Below, one piece after another: positions 19,111 to 28,853 of a stretch of 64,000 nt of DNA. This DNA comes from Clostridia bacterium (GTDB taxonomy: Bacteria; Bacillota; Clostridia; Christensenellales; CAG-138), in the NCBI GenBank assembly GCA_017616435.1, contig JAFZYC010000050.1, forward strand, positions 10,514-74,513, given 5' to 3'. Numbering within the stretch: position 1 is the first letter of the stretch; each line of letters begins with the position of its first letter. Both the position numbers and the translations under genes were made by a program. Under the pieces are notes generated by a model. It searched no databases, was not told where the DNA came from, and worked only from the letters and a program-made list of their open reading frames with translations.

Positions 19111-20588
19111 TACTCTTCCGTCCTCATTCGGGCGGCCTCAAGTGTGAGCGTGAAGTTCGCTCCGTCCTCCGAGGTGTAGACGTCATAGACCTTGCTGCCG
19201 TATTCATCCTCGTAAATGCCGGTGTAGTAGCAGCAGACCTTCGGCATGACCTCGAAATGGACGACGTTTTCGGAGATCGTCTGAACGGGCCTTCTGCCGT
19301 CCGCAAGGCGAAGCGTGCCGACGGTATCGTAATCGGTCATGAAGAGGCATTTATCCTGCGGCGTCATCACCGAGTAGACCGCGCCCTCCGCTATCTTCAG
19401 ATTGACCGTGCCCTCCACATAGTAGAGCCCGCGGTCGTAGCCGATGCAGTAGAACCTGCTCCCGTCCTTCGATACGTTGAAGGAATACACGTTCGTGCAG
19501 ACCTTCTCCGCGGTCTTGGGATCGTCGGAATCCATCGTGTAAACGTCCTTATCCACAAGGCAGGCGAGCTTCGTTCCCTGCTCGTTGACGTAGAACTGGA
19601 ACGCGCCCTTGACGAGTGCGGTCACGTGCCTGTGCCCGTTGACGAACCAGATATCGTACGCGGTGCGGGCGTTATCATCCGTTGAAGAGGTGCGGAAGCT
19701 GTAGAACACCCTGTTGAACATCGTGGAGCAATCCAGCACCTTTGAAGAGCATTCCTCGCCGCCCTGCACGGATGCGGCGTTCGTCACGGTGGAGAACACG
19801 GACGCGCCGTCGACTATCGCCTTTGCGGCGGAGCCCTTTATGCTGTAATATGTTACGCCGTCCGAATCGAACGCGGTCTCGGTAAGATCGCGGTTGAACT
19901 CGATAAGACCGGATACGTTTTCGCCGATCTTCTTTTCGCCCTTTTCGCTGCAGTAAAGAAGCGACGCGTCCGCGGGCTTTACGCAGTACCAGAACTCCGC
20001 GCCGTCGGAAACCGCGACGAGATAGGAGGAATCCGCAAGCACGCGGCTCTCCCCGTTCTCATACGCGTACGATGTGTACTTGCCGTCGCTGTCCCTGACC
20101 GTATAGCCCACGGTCTTGCCGTCGGGCGAAATGACGATGGAGGGTATGCCCGCCGCGGAATCGGGCTTGATATCCTCGACCTTCCCCGTGCGGTGGTCGT
20201 AGATATGCGCCTCCGTCGCGGTGGTGAAAACGACGACCTCGTTATCGAGCGAGAGGAGCGCCCTGTCGACGCCCGCGGGATATATGAGCGTGATGCCGTC
20301 CTTGTCGATGCGGTAGAGCCCCGTGCCTGCGCGCGCGACGCCGGCTTCGCCGTTACAGGTCAGGAACGAATCGACATAGCCGCCGATCCTGTCCGAGATG
20401 AGCTCCGTGTCGACGAGGAAGCGGGTCGAGCCCTCCGTATCGGAATAAAAATAGAGTATGCTGTTTTCAACAGCCGCCGCTTTTCCCCTGCGGTTCGCCC
20501 TAATATCGAGGGCGATCGCCGCGGCTGCGGCAAGTACCGCGACCGCGAGCGCGGCAATGAGTATCTTTACCCAAGTCTTTTTCATCAA
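19110..20588 (-). CDS. membrane-anchored hypothetical protein, propeller-like repeats (paralogue of 17653-19110)
   Basis: N-terminal TM anchor (WVKILIAALAVAVLAAAAAIAL). Similar repeated strand motifs (ILYFYSD, GLYRIDKDG, FWYCVKP, RFYCIGYDRGLYYVEG). Confidence 0.65.
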   Translation of the reverse strand: MMKKTWVKILIAALAVAVLAAAAAIALDIRANRRGKAAAVENSILYFYSDTEGSTRFLVDTELISDRIGGYVDSFLTCNGEAGVARAGTGLYRIDKDGITLIYPAGVDRALLSLDNEVVVFTTATEAHIYDHRTGKVEDIKPDSAAGIPSIVISPDGKTVGYTVRDSDGKYTSYAYENGESRVLADSSYLVAVSDGAEFWYCVKPADASLLYCSEKGEKKIGENVSGLIEFNRDLTETAFDSDGVTYYSIKGSAAKAIVDGASVFSTVTNAASVQGGEECSSKVLDCSTMFNRVFYSFRTSSTDDNARTAYDIWFVNGHRHVTALVKGAFQFYVNEQGTKLACLVDKDVYTMDSDDPKTAEKVCTNVYSFNVSKDGSRFYCIGYDRGLYYVEGTVNLKIAEGAVYSVMTPQDKCLFMTDYDTVGTLRLADGRRPVQTISENVVHFEVMPKVCCYYTGIYEDEYGSKVYDVYTSEDGANFTLTLEAARMRTEE

Positions 20589-20653
20589 AGGCCATCCTTA
20601 TCCACATAGTTTCGGATGATGGCATTATACAACAAAACTCCGAAAATGTGAAG

Positions 20654-20682
20654 CAAAAAAAGGCGGAGGCCGCGCCTCCGCC
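20654..20682 (-). terminator. intrinsic terminator after upp
   Basis: Stem ggcggaggc/gcctccgcc with a U-tract on the minus strand. Confidence 0.75.
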
Positions 20683-20706
20683 CTGTATGCCTGATCATTT
20701 GCTCTT

Positions 20707-21345
20707 TTACATAGTGCCGAATATGCGGTCGCCGGCGTCGCCGAGGCCGGGAACGATGTAGCCGTGCTCGTTGAGGTGATCGTCGATGGCGGCGGTGAAT
20801 ATCTTGACGTCGGGATGCATCTCCTGGACGGCCTTTATGCCCTCCGGTACGGAGACGAGGCACATGAGCCTTACGGACTTGCAGCCGGCTTCCTTGACCT
20901 TCCTGATGCCCTCGCATGCAGAGCCGCCGGTAGCGAGCATCGGGTCGACGACGATGACGTCGCGGTCCTCGACGTCCGCGGGGAGCTTGCAGTAATAGGT
21001 GACGGGCTTCAAAGTTTCGGGATCGCGGAAGAGACCGATATGGCCCATCTTGGCGGTGGGTATGAGCGACATTATGCCGTCCGTCATGCCGAGGCCCGCG
21101 CGGAGTATGGGCACTACGCCTACCTTGCAGGAAAGGAGCATGCGCGCCTTTGTGGGCGCGACGGGGGTCTCTATATCGACCTCGTCAAGGGGCAGGTCGC
21201 GTGTGACCTCATACGCCATGAGGGTCGAAAGCTCCGCAAGGAGGGTGCGGAAATCCTTGGTTCCGGTGTTCTTGTCCCTCAGGAGCGCGAGCTTATGCTG
21301 CACAAGGGGATGATCGATAACGGTGACGTTCTTGAATTCGCTCAT
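20707..21345 (-). CDS. upp: uracil phosphoribosyltransferase
   Basis: 212 aa. [17 protein letters not shown]-terminus and PRPP motif [11 protein letters not shown]. Confidence 0.95.
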   Translation of the reverse strand: MSEFKNVTVIDHPLVQHKLALLRDKNTGTKDFRTLLAELSTLMAYEVTRDLPLDEVDIETPVAPTKARMLLSCKVGVVPILRAGLGMTDGIMSLIPTAKMGHIGLFRDPETLKPVTYYCKLPADVEDRDVIVVDPMLATGGSACEGIRKVKEAGCKSVRLMCLVSVPEGIKAVQEMHPDVKIFTAAIDDHLNEHGYIVPGLGDAGDRIFGTM

Positions 21346-21410
21346 TTTTATATCCTCCGATTGATAATATTGCTTGATAAAACGAAGGGCAATGCCCGGG
21401 GGCGTTGCCT

Positions 21411-21857
21411 TTAGCTCTGCTGTAATTCGTATTCCGATATTTTGGCGATCCTGCCCTCGTGCCTGCCGCCGTCAAAGCCGGTGTCGAGCCAAGTCTTCGT
21501 GATGGCCTTCGCCGTCTCGACGCCGATGATCCTGCCGCCCATGGCGAGCACGTTGGAATCGTTATGCCGCCTTGTGAGCTCGGCCGAAAGGACGTCGCCG
21601 CAGAGCGCGCACCTTATCCCGGAGACCTTGTTGCAGCAGATGGAGACGCCGATGCCCGTACCGCAGATCGCAATGCCGCGCTCAAACTCGCCCGCGGCCA
21701 CGGCCTCCGCCATGGGAAACGCGAAATCGGGATAATCGACGGAAAGCTCCGAATAGCAGCCCATATCGCAGACGGTATGACCCAGGCTTTCAATATAGGG
21801 GATGAGCTTCATCTTGAGCTCGAATCCGCCGTGGTCGGAACACAAGGCAATGTTCAT
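21411..21857 (-). CDS. rpiB: ribose-5-phosphate isomerase B
   Basis: 148 aa. Motifs [22 protein letters not shown] and [13 protein letters not shown]. Confidence 0.93.
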   Translation of the reverse strand: MNIALCSDHGGFELKMKLIPYIESLGHTVCDMGCYSELSVDYPDFAFPMAEAVAAGEFERGIAICGTGIGVSICCNKVSGIRCALCGDVLSAELTRRHNDSNVLAMGGRIIGVETAKAITKTWLDTGFDGGRHEGRIAKISEYELQQS

Positions 21858-21872
21858 ATCTCTTCTCCCACC

Positions 21873-22913
21873 TTATTTGTCGAGCACCGTGAATCCGGAG
21901 GCCCTCAGCAGTCTGTTCATATACGCGAGGCCCTGATCCGTTTCCGGAACGCCCTCCGCAAATATCACGTCGACCTTGCCGGAGTACCTCCTCAGCGCGG
22001 AAAACAGCTCCGCGCAGAGGGTCTGGGGCAGATCCCTGTTGCCTATTATATCACAGTTCATTCCGTGATAACAAGTGCGAGTTTGCTCCGTGCCCAAAAT
22101 AATGCAGCGCTTGCCCATGGCCTCCGCGATCTCGTATTCGCGGCAGATTATGGACGCGATCCTGCGCCATGAGCCCACGGCGACGACGACCTCCGCGTCG
22201 GGCGCGTAGTGCTTGTGCTTCATGCCGGGTGAAGCCGCGACCTCGCCCTCGCGCAGGGGGCGCAGTACGGAGGGATCGACCTCCACCTCGCCGATTATCT
22301 GCTCCAGCATCTCCTTTGTGATCCCGCCGGGACGCAGTATCCTGGGCTTGCCGACGAGCGTGAGCACCGTCGATTCGACGCCCACGCTGCAGGGGCCGCC
22401 GTCGAGTATGACGTCGATGCGCCCGTCCATATCGGCGAGCACATGCTCCGCCGTGGTGGGGCTGGGCCGGCCGGATATGTTGGCCGAGGGAGCCGCGATG
22501 GGCACGCCCGCGGCGCGGATAAGCGCGAGCGCGGTCTTATGCTCCGGCATGCGGACTGCGACCGTATCGAGCCCCGCCGTGACCTCCTCCGGGATTATGT
22601 CGCTCTTAACGAATATGAGCGTGAGAGGCCCCGGCCAGAAGGCGTCCATGAGCCTCTTTGCGTTATCCGGGATGTGGCGCCAGAGCGCCTTTACGTCGGA
22701 TTTTTTGGCGACGTGAAGTATGAGCGGGTTGTCCTGCGGTCTGCCCTTCGCCTCGAATATCTTGGCGACGGCTTCCCCGTCCAGCCCGTTCGCGCCGAGA
22801 CCGTATACGGTCTCCGTCGGGAACGCGACGAGCCCGCCCGCGCGAATCACCCGCCCGGCGTAGTTGGTGCCGTTTTCCTTCTGAGTTTTTGCGTTGAATA
22901 TTTCTGTGGTCAT
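21873..22913 (-). CDS. tsaC: L-threonylcarbamoyladenylate synthase (long Sua5/YwlC form)
   Basis: Motifs FPTETVYGLGAN, KGRPQDNPLILHV and SANISGRPSPT, plus a C-terminal Sua5 domain. Confidence 0.9.
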   Translation of the reverse strand: MTTEIFNAKTQKENGTNYAGRVIRAGGLVAFPTETVYGLGANGLDGEAVAKIFEAKGRPQDNPLILHVAKKSDVKALWRHIPDNAKRLMDAFWPGPLTLIFVKSDIIPEEVTAGLDTVAVRMPEHKTALALIRAAGVPIAAPSANISGRPSPTTAEHVLADMDGRIDVILDGGPCSVGVESTVLTLVGKPRILRPGGITKEMLEQIIGEVEVDPSVLRPLREGEVAASPGMKHKHYAPDAEVVVAVGSWRRIASIICREYEIAEAMGKRCIILGTEQTRTCYHGMNCDIIGNRDLPQTLCAELFSALRRYSGKVDVIFAEGVPETDQGLAYMNRLLRASGFTVLDK

Positions 22914-22919
22914 GGTGAT

Positions 22920-23990
22920 TTATTCTTCCTCGCCCTTTAAGAGCTTCATCCGCTCGTCGAGTATCAGCGCGTCTATCATCTCGTCCATGTCGCCGTCGAT
23001 GAAGGCCTCCAGCTTATAGAGCGTGAGCCCTATGCGGTGATCGGTGACGCGGCTCTGGGGGAAGTTATAAGTCCTTATCTTTGCGGAGCGGTCGCCGGAG
23101 CCGACCATGGCCTTTCGCGAGGCGGCCTCTTTATCGTGCGCCTGCGAGGAATAGAGGTCGTACAGGCGGCTCTTCAATACGCGCATCGCCTTTTCGCGGT
23201 TCTGTATCTGGCTGCGCTCGTCCTGGCTCTGCACGACGAGCCCTGTCGGGATATGCGTTATGCGTATCGCCGAAGAGGTCTTGTTGACGTGCTGGCCGCC
23301 CGCGCCGCTCGATCGGTAGGTATCTATCCTTATGTCGTTAGGATCTATTACGACGTCGACGTCCTCCGCCTCGGGAAGCACGGCGACGGTCGCCGCGCTC
23401 GTGTGGATGCGCCCCTGCGACTCGGTCTCCGGCACGCGCTGGACGCGGTGCACGCCGCTTTCGAACTTCATACGGGAATACGCGGACTTTCCGTTAATCT
23501 GGAACACGGCCTCCTTGACGCCGCCTATTTCCGTATCGTTCATATCGATCACTTCGAGTTTGAAATTATGCCGCTCCGCATAGCGGGAGTACATGCGGAA
23601 GAGCGTCGCGCCGAAGAGCGCCGCCTCGTCCCCGCCTATGCCGGCGCGGATCTCGACTATCACGTTCCTTTCGTCGTTCGGATCCTTGGGCAGGAGCATG
23701 AGCTTAAGCTCCTCCTCGAGCTTTGCGGCTTTCTCATCCGCCGCGCGCAGTTCCTCATGCGCGAGCTCACGCAGCTCGGGATCGGTCTCCTCCTCCAGCA
23801 TGGCGCGGCATTCCGCGGCCGCTTTTCCCGCTTCCCGGTACTCGTCGTAGACGGCGACTATCTCGCCCAATGCGGAATGCTCCTTCGCGAGCTCGCGGAA
23901 AAGGTTCTGGTCGGAAATGACCTCGGCCTCGCCGAGCCTTTTCCCCAGCTCCTCGTAGTGCTCCTTCATTTTTGCGAGCTTTTCAAGCAT
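22920..23990 (-). CDS. prfA: peptide chain release factor 1
   Basis: 356 aa with the GGQ motif ([11 protein letters not shown]) and the RF1-type PET/PxT tripeptide (VPETES). Confidence 0.96.
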   Translation of the reverse strand: MLEKLAKMKEHYEELGKRLGEAEVISDQNLFRELAKEHSALGEIVAVYDEYREAGKAAAECRAMLEEETDPELRELAHEELRAADEKAAKLEEELKLMLLPKDPNDERNVIVEIRAGIGGDEAALFGATLFRMYSRYAERHNFKLEVIDMNDTEIGGVKEAVFQINGKSAYSRMKFESGVHRVQRVPETESQGRIHTSAATVAVLPEAEDVDVVIDPNDIRIDTYRSSGAGGQHVNKTSSAIRITHIPTGLVVQSQDERSQIQNREKAMRVLKSRLYDLYSSQAHDKEAASRKAMVGSGDRSAKIRTYNFPQSRVTDHRIGLTLYKLEAFIDGDMDEMIDALILDERMKLLKGEEE

Positions 23991-24022
23991 GTTTCACCTT
24001 TCGCTGCGCAATCTGCCAAAAG

Positions 24023-24085
24023 CCTTCCCCCTTGCGGGGAAGGTGTCACGGAGCGGCTTCTTGCCGCGCGTGACGGATGGGGGTC
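24023..24085 (+). repeat. composite hairpin repeat (family: CTCCCCT-loop-AGGGGAG GTGTCA-[GC hairpin]-TGAC GrAwGGGTC)
   Basis: ccttcccccttgcggggaaggtgtcacggagcggcttcttgccgcgcgtgacggatgggggtctc aligns with the copies at 50701, 51229 and 51332. Confidence 0.7.
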
Positions 24086-24145
24086 TCCCTTTCATCTCCG
24101 CCTGTTTTACTGGCATTGAGTTTACCCCCATCACCGCTTCGCGGA

Positions 24146-24166
24146 GCTTCCCCGCAGGGGGGAAGC
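24146..24166. repeat. partial copy of the same family (first hairpin only)
   Basis: gcttccccgcaggggggaagc hairpin. Confidence 0.5.
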
Positions 24167-24202
24167 CAAAGACGCCGCGCTTGGCGAGCGGCCATCCTGC
24201 GC

Positions 24203-24574
24203 TCACTCCCTATCCGACAGCACGATCGAATTCTTTTCCTCGTCTATACGCGCGCCAATCAAATAACGCCTTTCGATCATTCTCTGCAGGTTATCCCTGA
24301 CCTCATCGACGGATTCCCCCGTCTTTGCGGCAAGTTTTTCTATGGAACCGGTAGGATCCTCGGCAAGATATGCAGCGTATTCCTTGTATTTTTTGACCGT
24401 CATTTTCGTCCTGATGCCCATGTAAATCAGCAGAGCGCCGAGCACGCCGGCTATTACGGCCATTTTGACGTTCTTATCGGCCGCAAGGTTGATGGGGATG
24501 GTGATAAGCAGCACCACGCCAATTACGATGGCGAGTATCGCCGCGACTGTTTTGGCCGAAGAAGTTGTTTTCAT
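24203..24574 (-). CDS. small membrane protein with C-terminal winged-helix-like domain (hypothetical)
   Basis: Two TM segments, then a soluble tail (SIEKLAAKTGESVDEVRDNLQRMIERRYLIGARID). It sits between prmC and prfA next to hairpin repeats. Confidence 0.5.
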   Translation of the reverse strand: MKTTSSAKTVAAILAIVIGVVLLITIPINLAADKNVKMAVIAGVLGALLIYMGIRTKMTVKKYKEYAAYLAEDPTGSIEKLAAKTGESVDEVRDNLQRMIERRYLIGARIDEEKNSIVLSDRE

Positions 24575-24598
24575 ATTATGCCACCTGCTTGTTTTCCT

Positions 24599-25408
24599 TT
24601 AATAATCTATCCTTACTACTCTTTCGATCCCGTTCAGATCCCTTATGACGGCGGACTCTCTGCAGCGGAACAGCTCTGCGACCGCCTCCGCTTCGTTATA
24701 TCCCACCTCTAGGAGCAGCGCTCCGCCGGGATTGACATGCTCCGCCGCCTCTGCCGCGATCCTGCGGTAGAAGTCCAGCCCGTCGGGTCCACCCGCGAGT
24801 GCGAGACGCGGCTCATGCCGCACCTCCTCCTGAAGGGAGGCCATATCCGCATCCGTTATGTAGGGCGGGTTCGCGGTGACGATATCGTACTTTCCCGCGC
24901 CGTTGAAAAGATCGGCCATGCGGGCGAATATCCCGACTCCGTTCCTCTTAGCGTTTCTTTCGGCGAGCGCGGCGCATTCGGAGCTAATATCCGTCGCCTC
25001 CGCCCATATCCCGGAGAGCTTCAAAAGCGATACCGCTATGCAGCCCGTTCCCGTGCAGATATCGAGCAGGGACTTGTATCCCCGCTCCGTAATGAGGCGC
25101 AGCGCCTCCTCGCAGAGCGTTTCCGTATCCTGCCGCGGGATGAGCGCGGCGGGCGCCACCTCGAAGGGCAGCCCCATGAAATACCATTCGCCAAGTATGT
25201 ACTGCAGCGGTTCGCGGGCGAGCCTTCTTTCGACCGCGGCGTCGAGCGCGGCCTCGTTTTCCCGGGAGAGCTCCGTATTCGAGAGCCTTATCCCGGCACG
25301 GCCGCGGCCGGTCACATGCTCAAGCAGTATCTCCGCTTCTGTCGCGGCTTCGTCCGAAACGGCGCGGAGCCGCCCCTCGGTTATTTTCAGCGCTTCGCGG
25401 ACGGTCAT
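24599..25408 (-). CDS. prmC: release factor glutamine N5-methyltransferase
   Basis: SAM motif LDICTGTGCIA and NPPY motif (TANPPYI). ATGA overlap with the upstream DUF1385 gene. Confidence 0.92.
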   Translation of the reverse strand: MTVREALKITEGRLRAVSDEAATEAEILLEHVTGRGRAGIRLSNTELSRENEAALDAAVERRLAREPLQYILGEWYFMGLPFEVAPAALIPRQDTETLCEEALRLITERGYKSLLDICTGTGCIAVSLLKLSGIWAEATDISSECAALAERNAKRNGVGIFARMADLFNGAGKYDIVTANPPYITDADMASLQEEVRHEPRLALAGGPDGLDFYRRIAAEAAEHVNPGGALLLEVGYNEAEAVAELFRCRESAVIRDLNGIERVVRIDY

Positions 25409-26547
25409 TCCTCTTCGCCTTCCGGCTGCGCCGCGGTCTCCGGCGCTTCCGCCTCCGGTATGTCGACCGCGTCGGCGGCCTCTGCCGCCTCCGCCGCTTT
25501 CCTTGCCGCCTCTTCGGCGAGCTTCTTTTCCTCGAGCGGGTTCTTTTCGCCCATTGCGAGGTAGAACGCGTATATCGCGACCTCCAGCATGTCGGGCTCC
25601 GGCTCCCTTGTGGTTATGAGCTGGAGCGCCATGCCGGGCGCCCTTACCGCCTTTGTGAACCAGTTGTCGGTCTTGGCGGCGCCGCGGAGCACCTCATAGC
25701 TTATGCCCGCTATGATCGGCAGGAATATTATCCTTACGAGGAACCTTATGAGGAACGCGGCGACCCTGTTCATGCCCTCGGGCGGGAAACCCAGCGAGTG
25801 CATGACGATATCCACTATCGTCAGCACGATGATCGATATCGCCATTACGAGGAACAGGTAGTTAGTGCCGCAGCGGGGATGGAGCCTTTTGTACTTCATC
25901 GCGTTTTCGGGGGTGAGCTCGTCGACGCCCGCCTCATAGCAGGCGATGGTCTTATGCTCCGCGCCGTGGTACATGAACAGGCGGCGGATATCCTTTATGC
26001 AGGAGACGAGGAACAGATACCCCACGTATATCGCGAGCCTGAGCCCGCCTTCCAGCAGCGAGCGCCAGATATAGTGCTTATCGACAGCTCCGGAGACCGC
26101 CTTGCCGAATATCAGCGAGGCGATGAGCTGCGGCAGGAACATGAACAGCCCCACCGCGAGCGCTATGCCAAGTACGACCGCGACGCCCATAACGGCGTCC
26201 ATTATATCGATGTGGAGCTTATCCGCGAGCCACTTTTCGAACTTGGAGGGCTCCTCGTCGAAGCTTTCGCCCAGCAGCTCCGCGGATTTGGTCGTGGTGT
26301 CCATGCCCGTCTTCAAGGATTCGACGAACGCGACGACGCCCCGCACCACGGGCAGGCCCCAGAACGTGCCCTTCTGCGCCTTCGATTTGAACTTTGTATA
26401 GTGCTTGACGATATTCCCGTTCGTGCCGCGGACCGCCATCGCGATCCCGACGTCGGACTTCATCATTACGCCTTCCATTACGGCCTGGCCGCCCACCGAG
26501 CAGCGCCTTATCGCGGGCGCGGGCTCCGCAGCCTTTTTCTTTTTCAT
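25405..26547 (-). CDS. DUF1385 family membrane protein (YqhQ-like)
   Basis: ATG at 26547 (MKKKKAAEP...GGQAVMEGVMMKS...YHGAEHKTI). Ala/Glu-rich C-terminal tail. Track ORF 25405-27159 is over-extended. Confidence 0.85.
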   Translation of the reverse strand: MKKKKAAEPAPAIRRCSVGGQAVMEGVMMKSDVGIAMAVRGTNGNIVKHYTKFKSKAQKGTFWGLPVVRGVVAFVESLKTGMDTTTKSAELLGESFDEEPSKFEKWLADKLHIDIMDAVMGVAVVLGIALAVGLFMFLPQLIASLIFGKAVSGAVDKHYIWRSLLEGGLRLAIYVGYLFLVSCIKDIRRLFMYHGAEHKTIACYEAGVDELTPENAMKYKRLHPRCGTNYLFLVMAISIIVLTIVDIVMHSLGFPPEGMNRVAAFLIRFLVRIIFLPIIAGISYEVLRGAAKTDNWFTKAVRAPGMALQLITTREPEPDMLEVAIYAFYLAMGEKNPLEEKKLAEEAARKAAEAAEAADAVDIPEAEAPETAAQPEGEEE

Positions 26548-26684
26548 CTGATGTTTCCTCTCCGCCCGATACGGGCTCGAATCTATCTTTATGAGTATAG
26601 CACAGGTGTTTCCCGTTGGCAATCGGGGACAGGCAAAATTAACAGCCGGAGGTATGCCCCCCGGCTGCGGTGCGACAAAACGGA

Positions 26685-27029
26685 TCAAGCCTCTTCCATA
26701 TCCTCCGGGTCGCCCTCTACAGGGACGCGCTTCTGCAGTATGAGCCTGTATCCGAGCCAGATAATGAGCACGGCGGGTATGAGCGAGCAGAGCATCGCCA
26801 CGATCGCCTTCCAAAGCACGCGCTGCCAGTCCCCCGCGAGCAGGTACGCCCTGAGGAATACCACGATGAACACGAAGAGCAGGAACAGTACGTCCATCAC
26901 CCTTTCCGTCTGAACGGTTTTTTTGAAGAGCTTCATCGTCGGGCGCTTCCTTGCAAGATACGCGGCGAAAAGGCCGACTATGCCGATCGCTATTCCGAAC
27001 AGTACCGAGAAAATGCAAACCGTCAACAT
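26685..27029 (-). CDS. small membrane protein (hypothetical, 3-4 TM)
   Basis: 114-aa hydrophobic ORF followed by a hairpin with a U-tract. No family recognised. Confidence 0.45.
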   Translation of the reverse strand: MLTVCIFSVLFGIAIGIVGLFAAYLARKRPTMKLFKKTVQTERVMDVLFLLFVFIVVFLRAYLLAGDWQRVLWKAIVAMLCSLIPAVLIIWLGYRLILQKRVPVEGDPEDMEEA

Positions 27030-27043
27030 GTTGATATCCCCCT

Positions 27044-28435
27044 TTATTGATCGTCCCGAAGGAGCTTGTTTGTCTGGATATAGACGTCTCCGCTGCCCAA
27101 TGTAACCACAAGGTCGCCCTCGGAGGCGTTTTCCCTGAGCCAGTCGGAGATCTCCTCAAAAGTTGAGATATAGAGCGCGTTTCCCGTCGCCTCGTTTATA
27201 GCCCTTACCATATCGCGGGCGTGGACGGAGCCGTCGTCCTTCTCGCGGCCGGGATAGATATCCGGCACGAGCACCTTTTTGACCCCGGCGAAGCAATCGC
27301 CCTGATGCCCGCAGAAGAGGGTCTTCGCCCTCGTATAGCTGTTGCACTGGAACACGCAGTAGACGTCCTTATGCGGGGTGCGCAGAGCCGAATCGACTGC
27401 CGCCCTTATCTCCGCGGGATGATGCGCGTAATCGTGGAAGACGCGAACGCCGTTCCTTTCGCCGTAGTATTCGAACCTGCGGCGCGTGTTCTCGAAAAGC
27501 GCGAGCGCCTCCGCCGCGGTATCGAAATCGGTCCCGTGGGAAAGGGCTACGGCCATTGCCGCGACCGAATTGAGCATGTTATGCCTTCCCGGCACGTGGA
27601 GGACCACCCTGCCGCAGTTCGCGCCGCGGAACATGAGATCGTAGGAGGGGCAGCCGTAAGCGTCGTACTCCTCGTTCTCGGGATAATAATCGGGGGAATA
27701 CTCCTTTTCGAGGCCGTATGTGAGCTCCGCGACGCGGCCGCGGTATTCGACGAGCAGCCCGCGGACCCTTTCGTCGTCGGTGCAGCCTATGAACATGCCG
27801 CCCTCGGGGATGAGCGCCACGAACTTGCGGAACGCATCCGTTATGTGATCGATATCCCTGAAATAATCGAGATGGTCGTCGTCTATGTTGTTTATGAGCG
27901 CGACGGTCGGGCGGAGGGTCAAAAAGCTCTCCACATATTCGCAGGCCTCGGTTATGAAGAGGTCCTTCGAGCCCAATCTTGTGCCGCCCTTCAGAAACTC
28001 CACGAAGCCGCCGACGTGCACCGTTGCGTCGAGCCCGCCCTTTTCGGCGATGAGCGCGAGCATGGAGGTGATCGTCGTCTTGCCGTGACAGCCGGCTATG
28101 CCGACGACGTTCCTGTAGCTCTCGCTGAGCCAGCCAAGCGCCACGGAGCGCTCCATCTCGGGAATGCCGAGCTCACGGGCGCGCACCCTTTCGGGGTTGT
28201 CGGGCTTTATAGCGGCGGAGTAGACGACGAGGTCGCTGCCCTCGACGTTTTCCGCCTTCTGGCCGATGGTTACGGGGATGCCGAGCTCCTTGAGCCTTTC
28301 CGTGAACGGGGAGACCGAACGGTCGCTGCCGCCGACCTCGTAGCCCCTTGCGCGGAATATCTGCGCGAGGCCGTTCATCGAGCAGCCGCCGATGCCGATA
28401 AGATGGATCTTTTTGATATTGCGATCGAGTTCCAT
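27044..28435 (-). CDS. murC: UDP-N-acetylmuramate--L-alanine ligase
   Basis: Motifs IHLIGIGGCSMNGLA, GIAGCHGKTTITSM and DYAHHPAEI. Confidence 0.95.
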   Translation of the reverse strand: MELDRNIKKIHLIGIGGCSMNGLAQIFRARGYEVGGSDRSVSPFTERLKELGIPVTIGQKAENVEGSDLVVYSAAIKPDNPERVRARELGIPEMERSVALGWLSESYRNVVGIAGCHGKTTITSMLALIAEKGGLDATVHVGGFVEFLKGGTRLGSKDLFITEACEYVESFLTLRPTVALINNIDDDHLDYFRDIDHITDAFRKFVALIPEGGMFIGCTDDERVRGLLVEYRGRVAELTYGLEKEYSPDYYPENEEYDAYGCPSYDLMFRGANCGRVVLHVPGRHNMLNSVAAMAVALSHGTDFDTAAEALALFENTRRRFEYYGERNGVRVFHDYAHHPAEIRAAVDSALRTPHKDVYCVFQCNSYTRAKTLFCGHQGDCFAGVKKVLVPDIYPGREKDDGSVHARDMVRAINEATGNALYISTFEEISDWLRENASEGDLVVTLGSGDVYIQTNKLLRDDQ

Positions 28436-28480
28436 TGTTTCACTCGCCTTTCCGCAAAGCGAACTTTGCCTTCAACCTTT

Positions 28481-28509
28481 ATTATATTCCTTTTTCTTCC
28501 GAAAGGCAA
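28481..28509 (-). promoter_or_regulatory. candidate murC promoter
   Basis: Minus strand TTGCCT-N17-TATAAT. The -35 box lies inside repeat copy A. Confidence 0.5.
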
Positions 28510-28518
28510 TAAAAAATC
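28493..28518. repeat. 26-nt perfect direct repeat copy A (carries U-tract and murC -35 box)
   Basis: tttcttccgaaaggcaataaaaaatc, identical to 28804-28829. Confidence 0.9.
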
Positions 28519-28803
28519 ATGGGCCGCGCACATTTCGGCTCGGCCGCGGTTTCTCCTTTTGAATATTGAGGGTGTATCGGAGAAGCGGCTCCGAAAGGTC
28601 GTCACACCGAAAACGCATCCTTTGTCGGCTCGATCTGTTCCGTTACCGCGGATATGTCTCGCGGGAGCGATAAATCATTCTTGGCTTATCGCATTCCGCG
28701 CCTCTCGCGGCGCGGCGCGCTGACCCGCTGCGGCTCGCTCAGCTCGCGGCCGGCTTGTCGACATATCCAGCAGCTGGCACTATTGAAGCCTATTCTGTTT
28801 ATC

Positions 28804-28829
28804 TTTCTTCCGAAAGGCAATAAAAAATC
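28804..28829. repeat. 26-nt perfect direct repeat copy B
   Basis: tttcttccgaaaggcaataaaaaatc, identical to 28493-28518. Confidence 0.9.
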
Positions 28830-28853
28830 GTCGCCCGGGCATTTTCCCGGGCG
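28821..28853 (-). terminator. intrinsic terminator after gene 28872-29828
   Basis: An 8-bp GC stem cgcccggg/cccgggcg followed on the minus strand by UUUUUU. Confidence 0.8.

Noticed and set aside
20598-20606. Perfect DnaA box TTATCCACA, plus nearby recF-gyrB-gyrA, as a hint of oriC
   Set aside because: I found only a single box. There is no dnaA or dnaN in the window, no AT-rich unwinding element next to the box, and recF is preceded by pckA rather than dnaN.
21346-21410. PyrR-type attenuator between rpiB and upp
   Set aside because: A hairpin (aaggcaa...ttgcctt) is present, but I could not see the PyrR binding-loop consensus (ARUCCAGAGAGGYU). It is more likely a weak terminator or spacer.
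28512-28790. Known housekeeping RNA (SRP/scRNA, 6S, tmRNA, RNase P) or T-box in the murC upstream gap
   Set aside because: The conserved cores I can recall are absent: GUCAGGUCCGGAAGGAAGCAGC for SRP, GAGGAAAGUCCGGGC for RNase P, the tmRNA tag ORF with 3' CCA-acceptor mimic, and the T-box AGGGUGGUACCGCG. It is kept only as an unclassified candidate.
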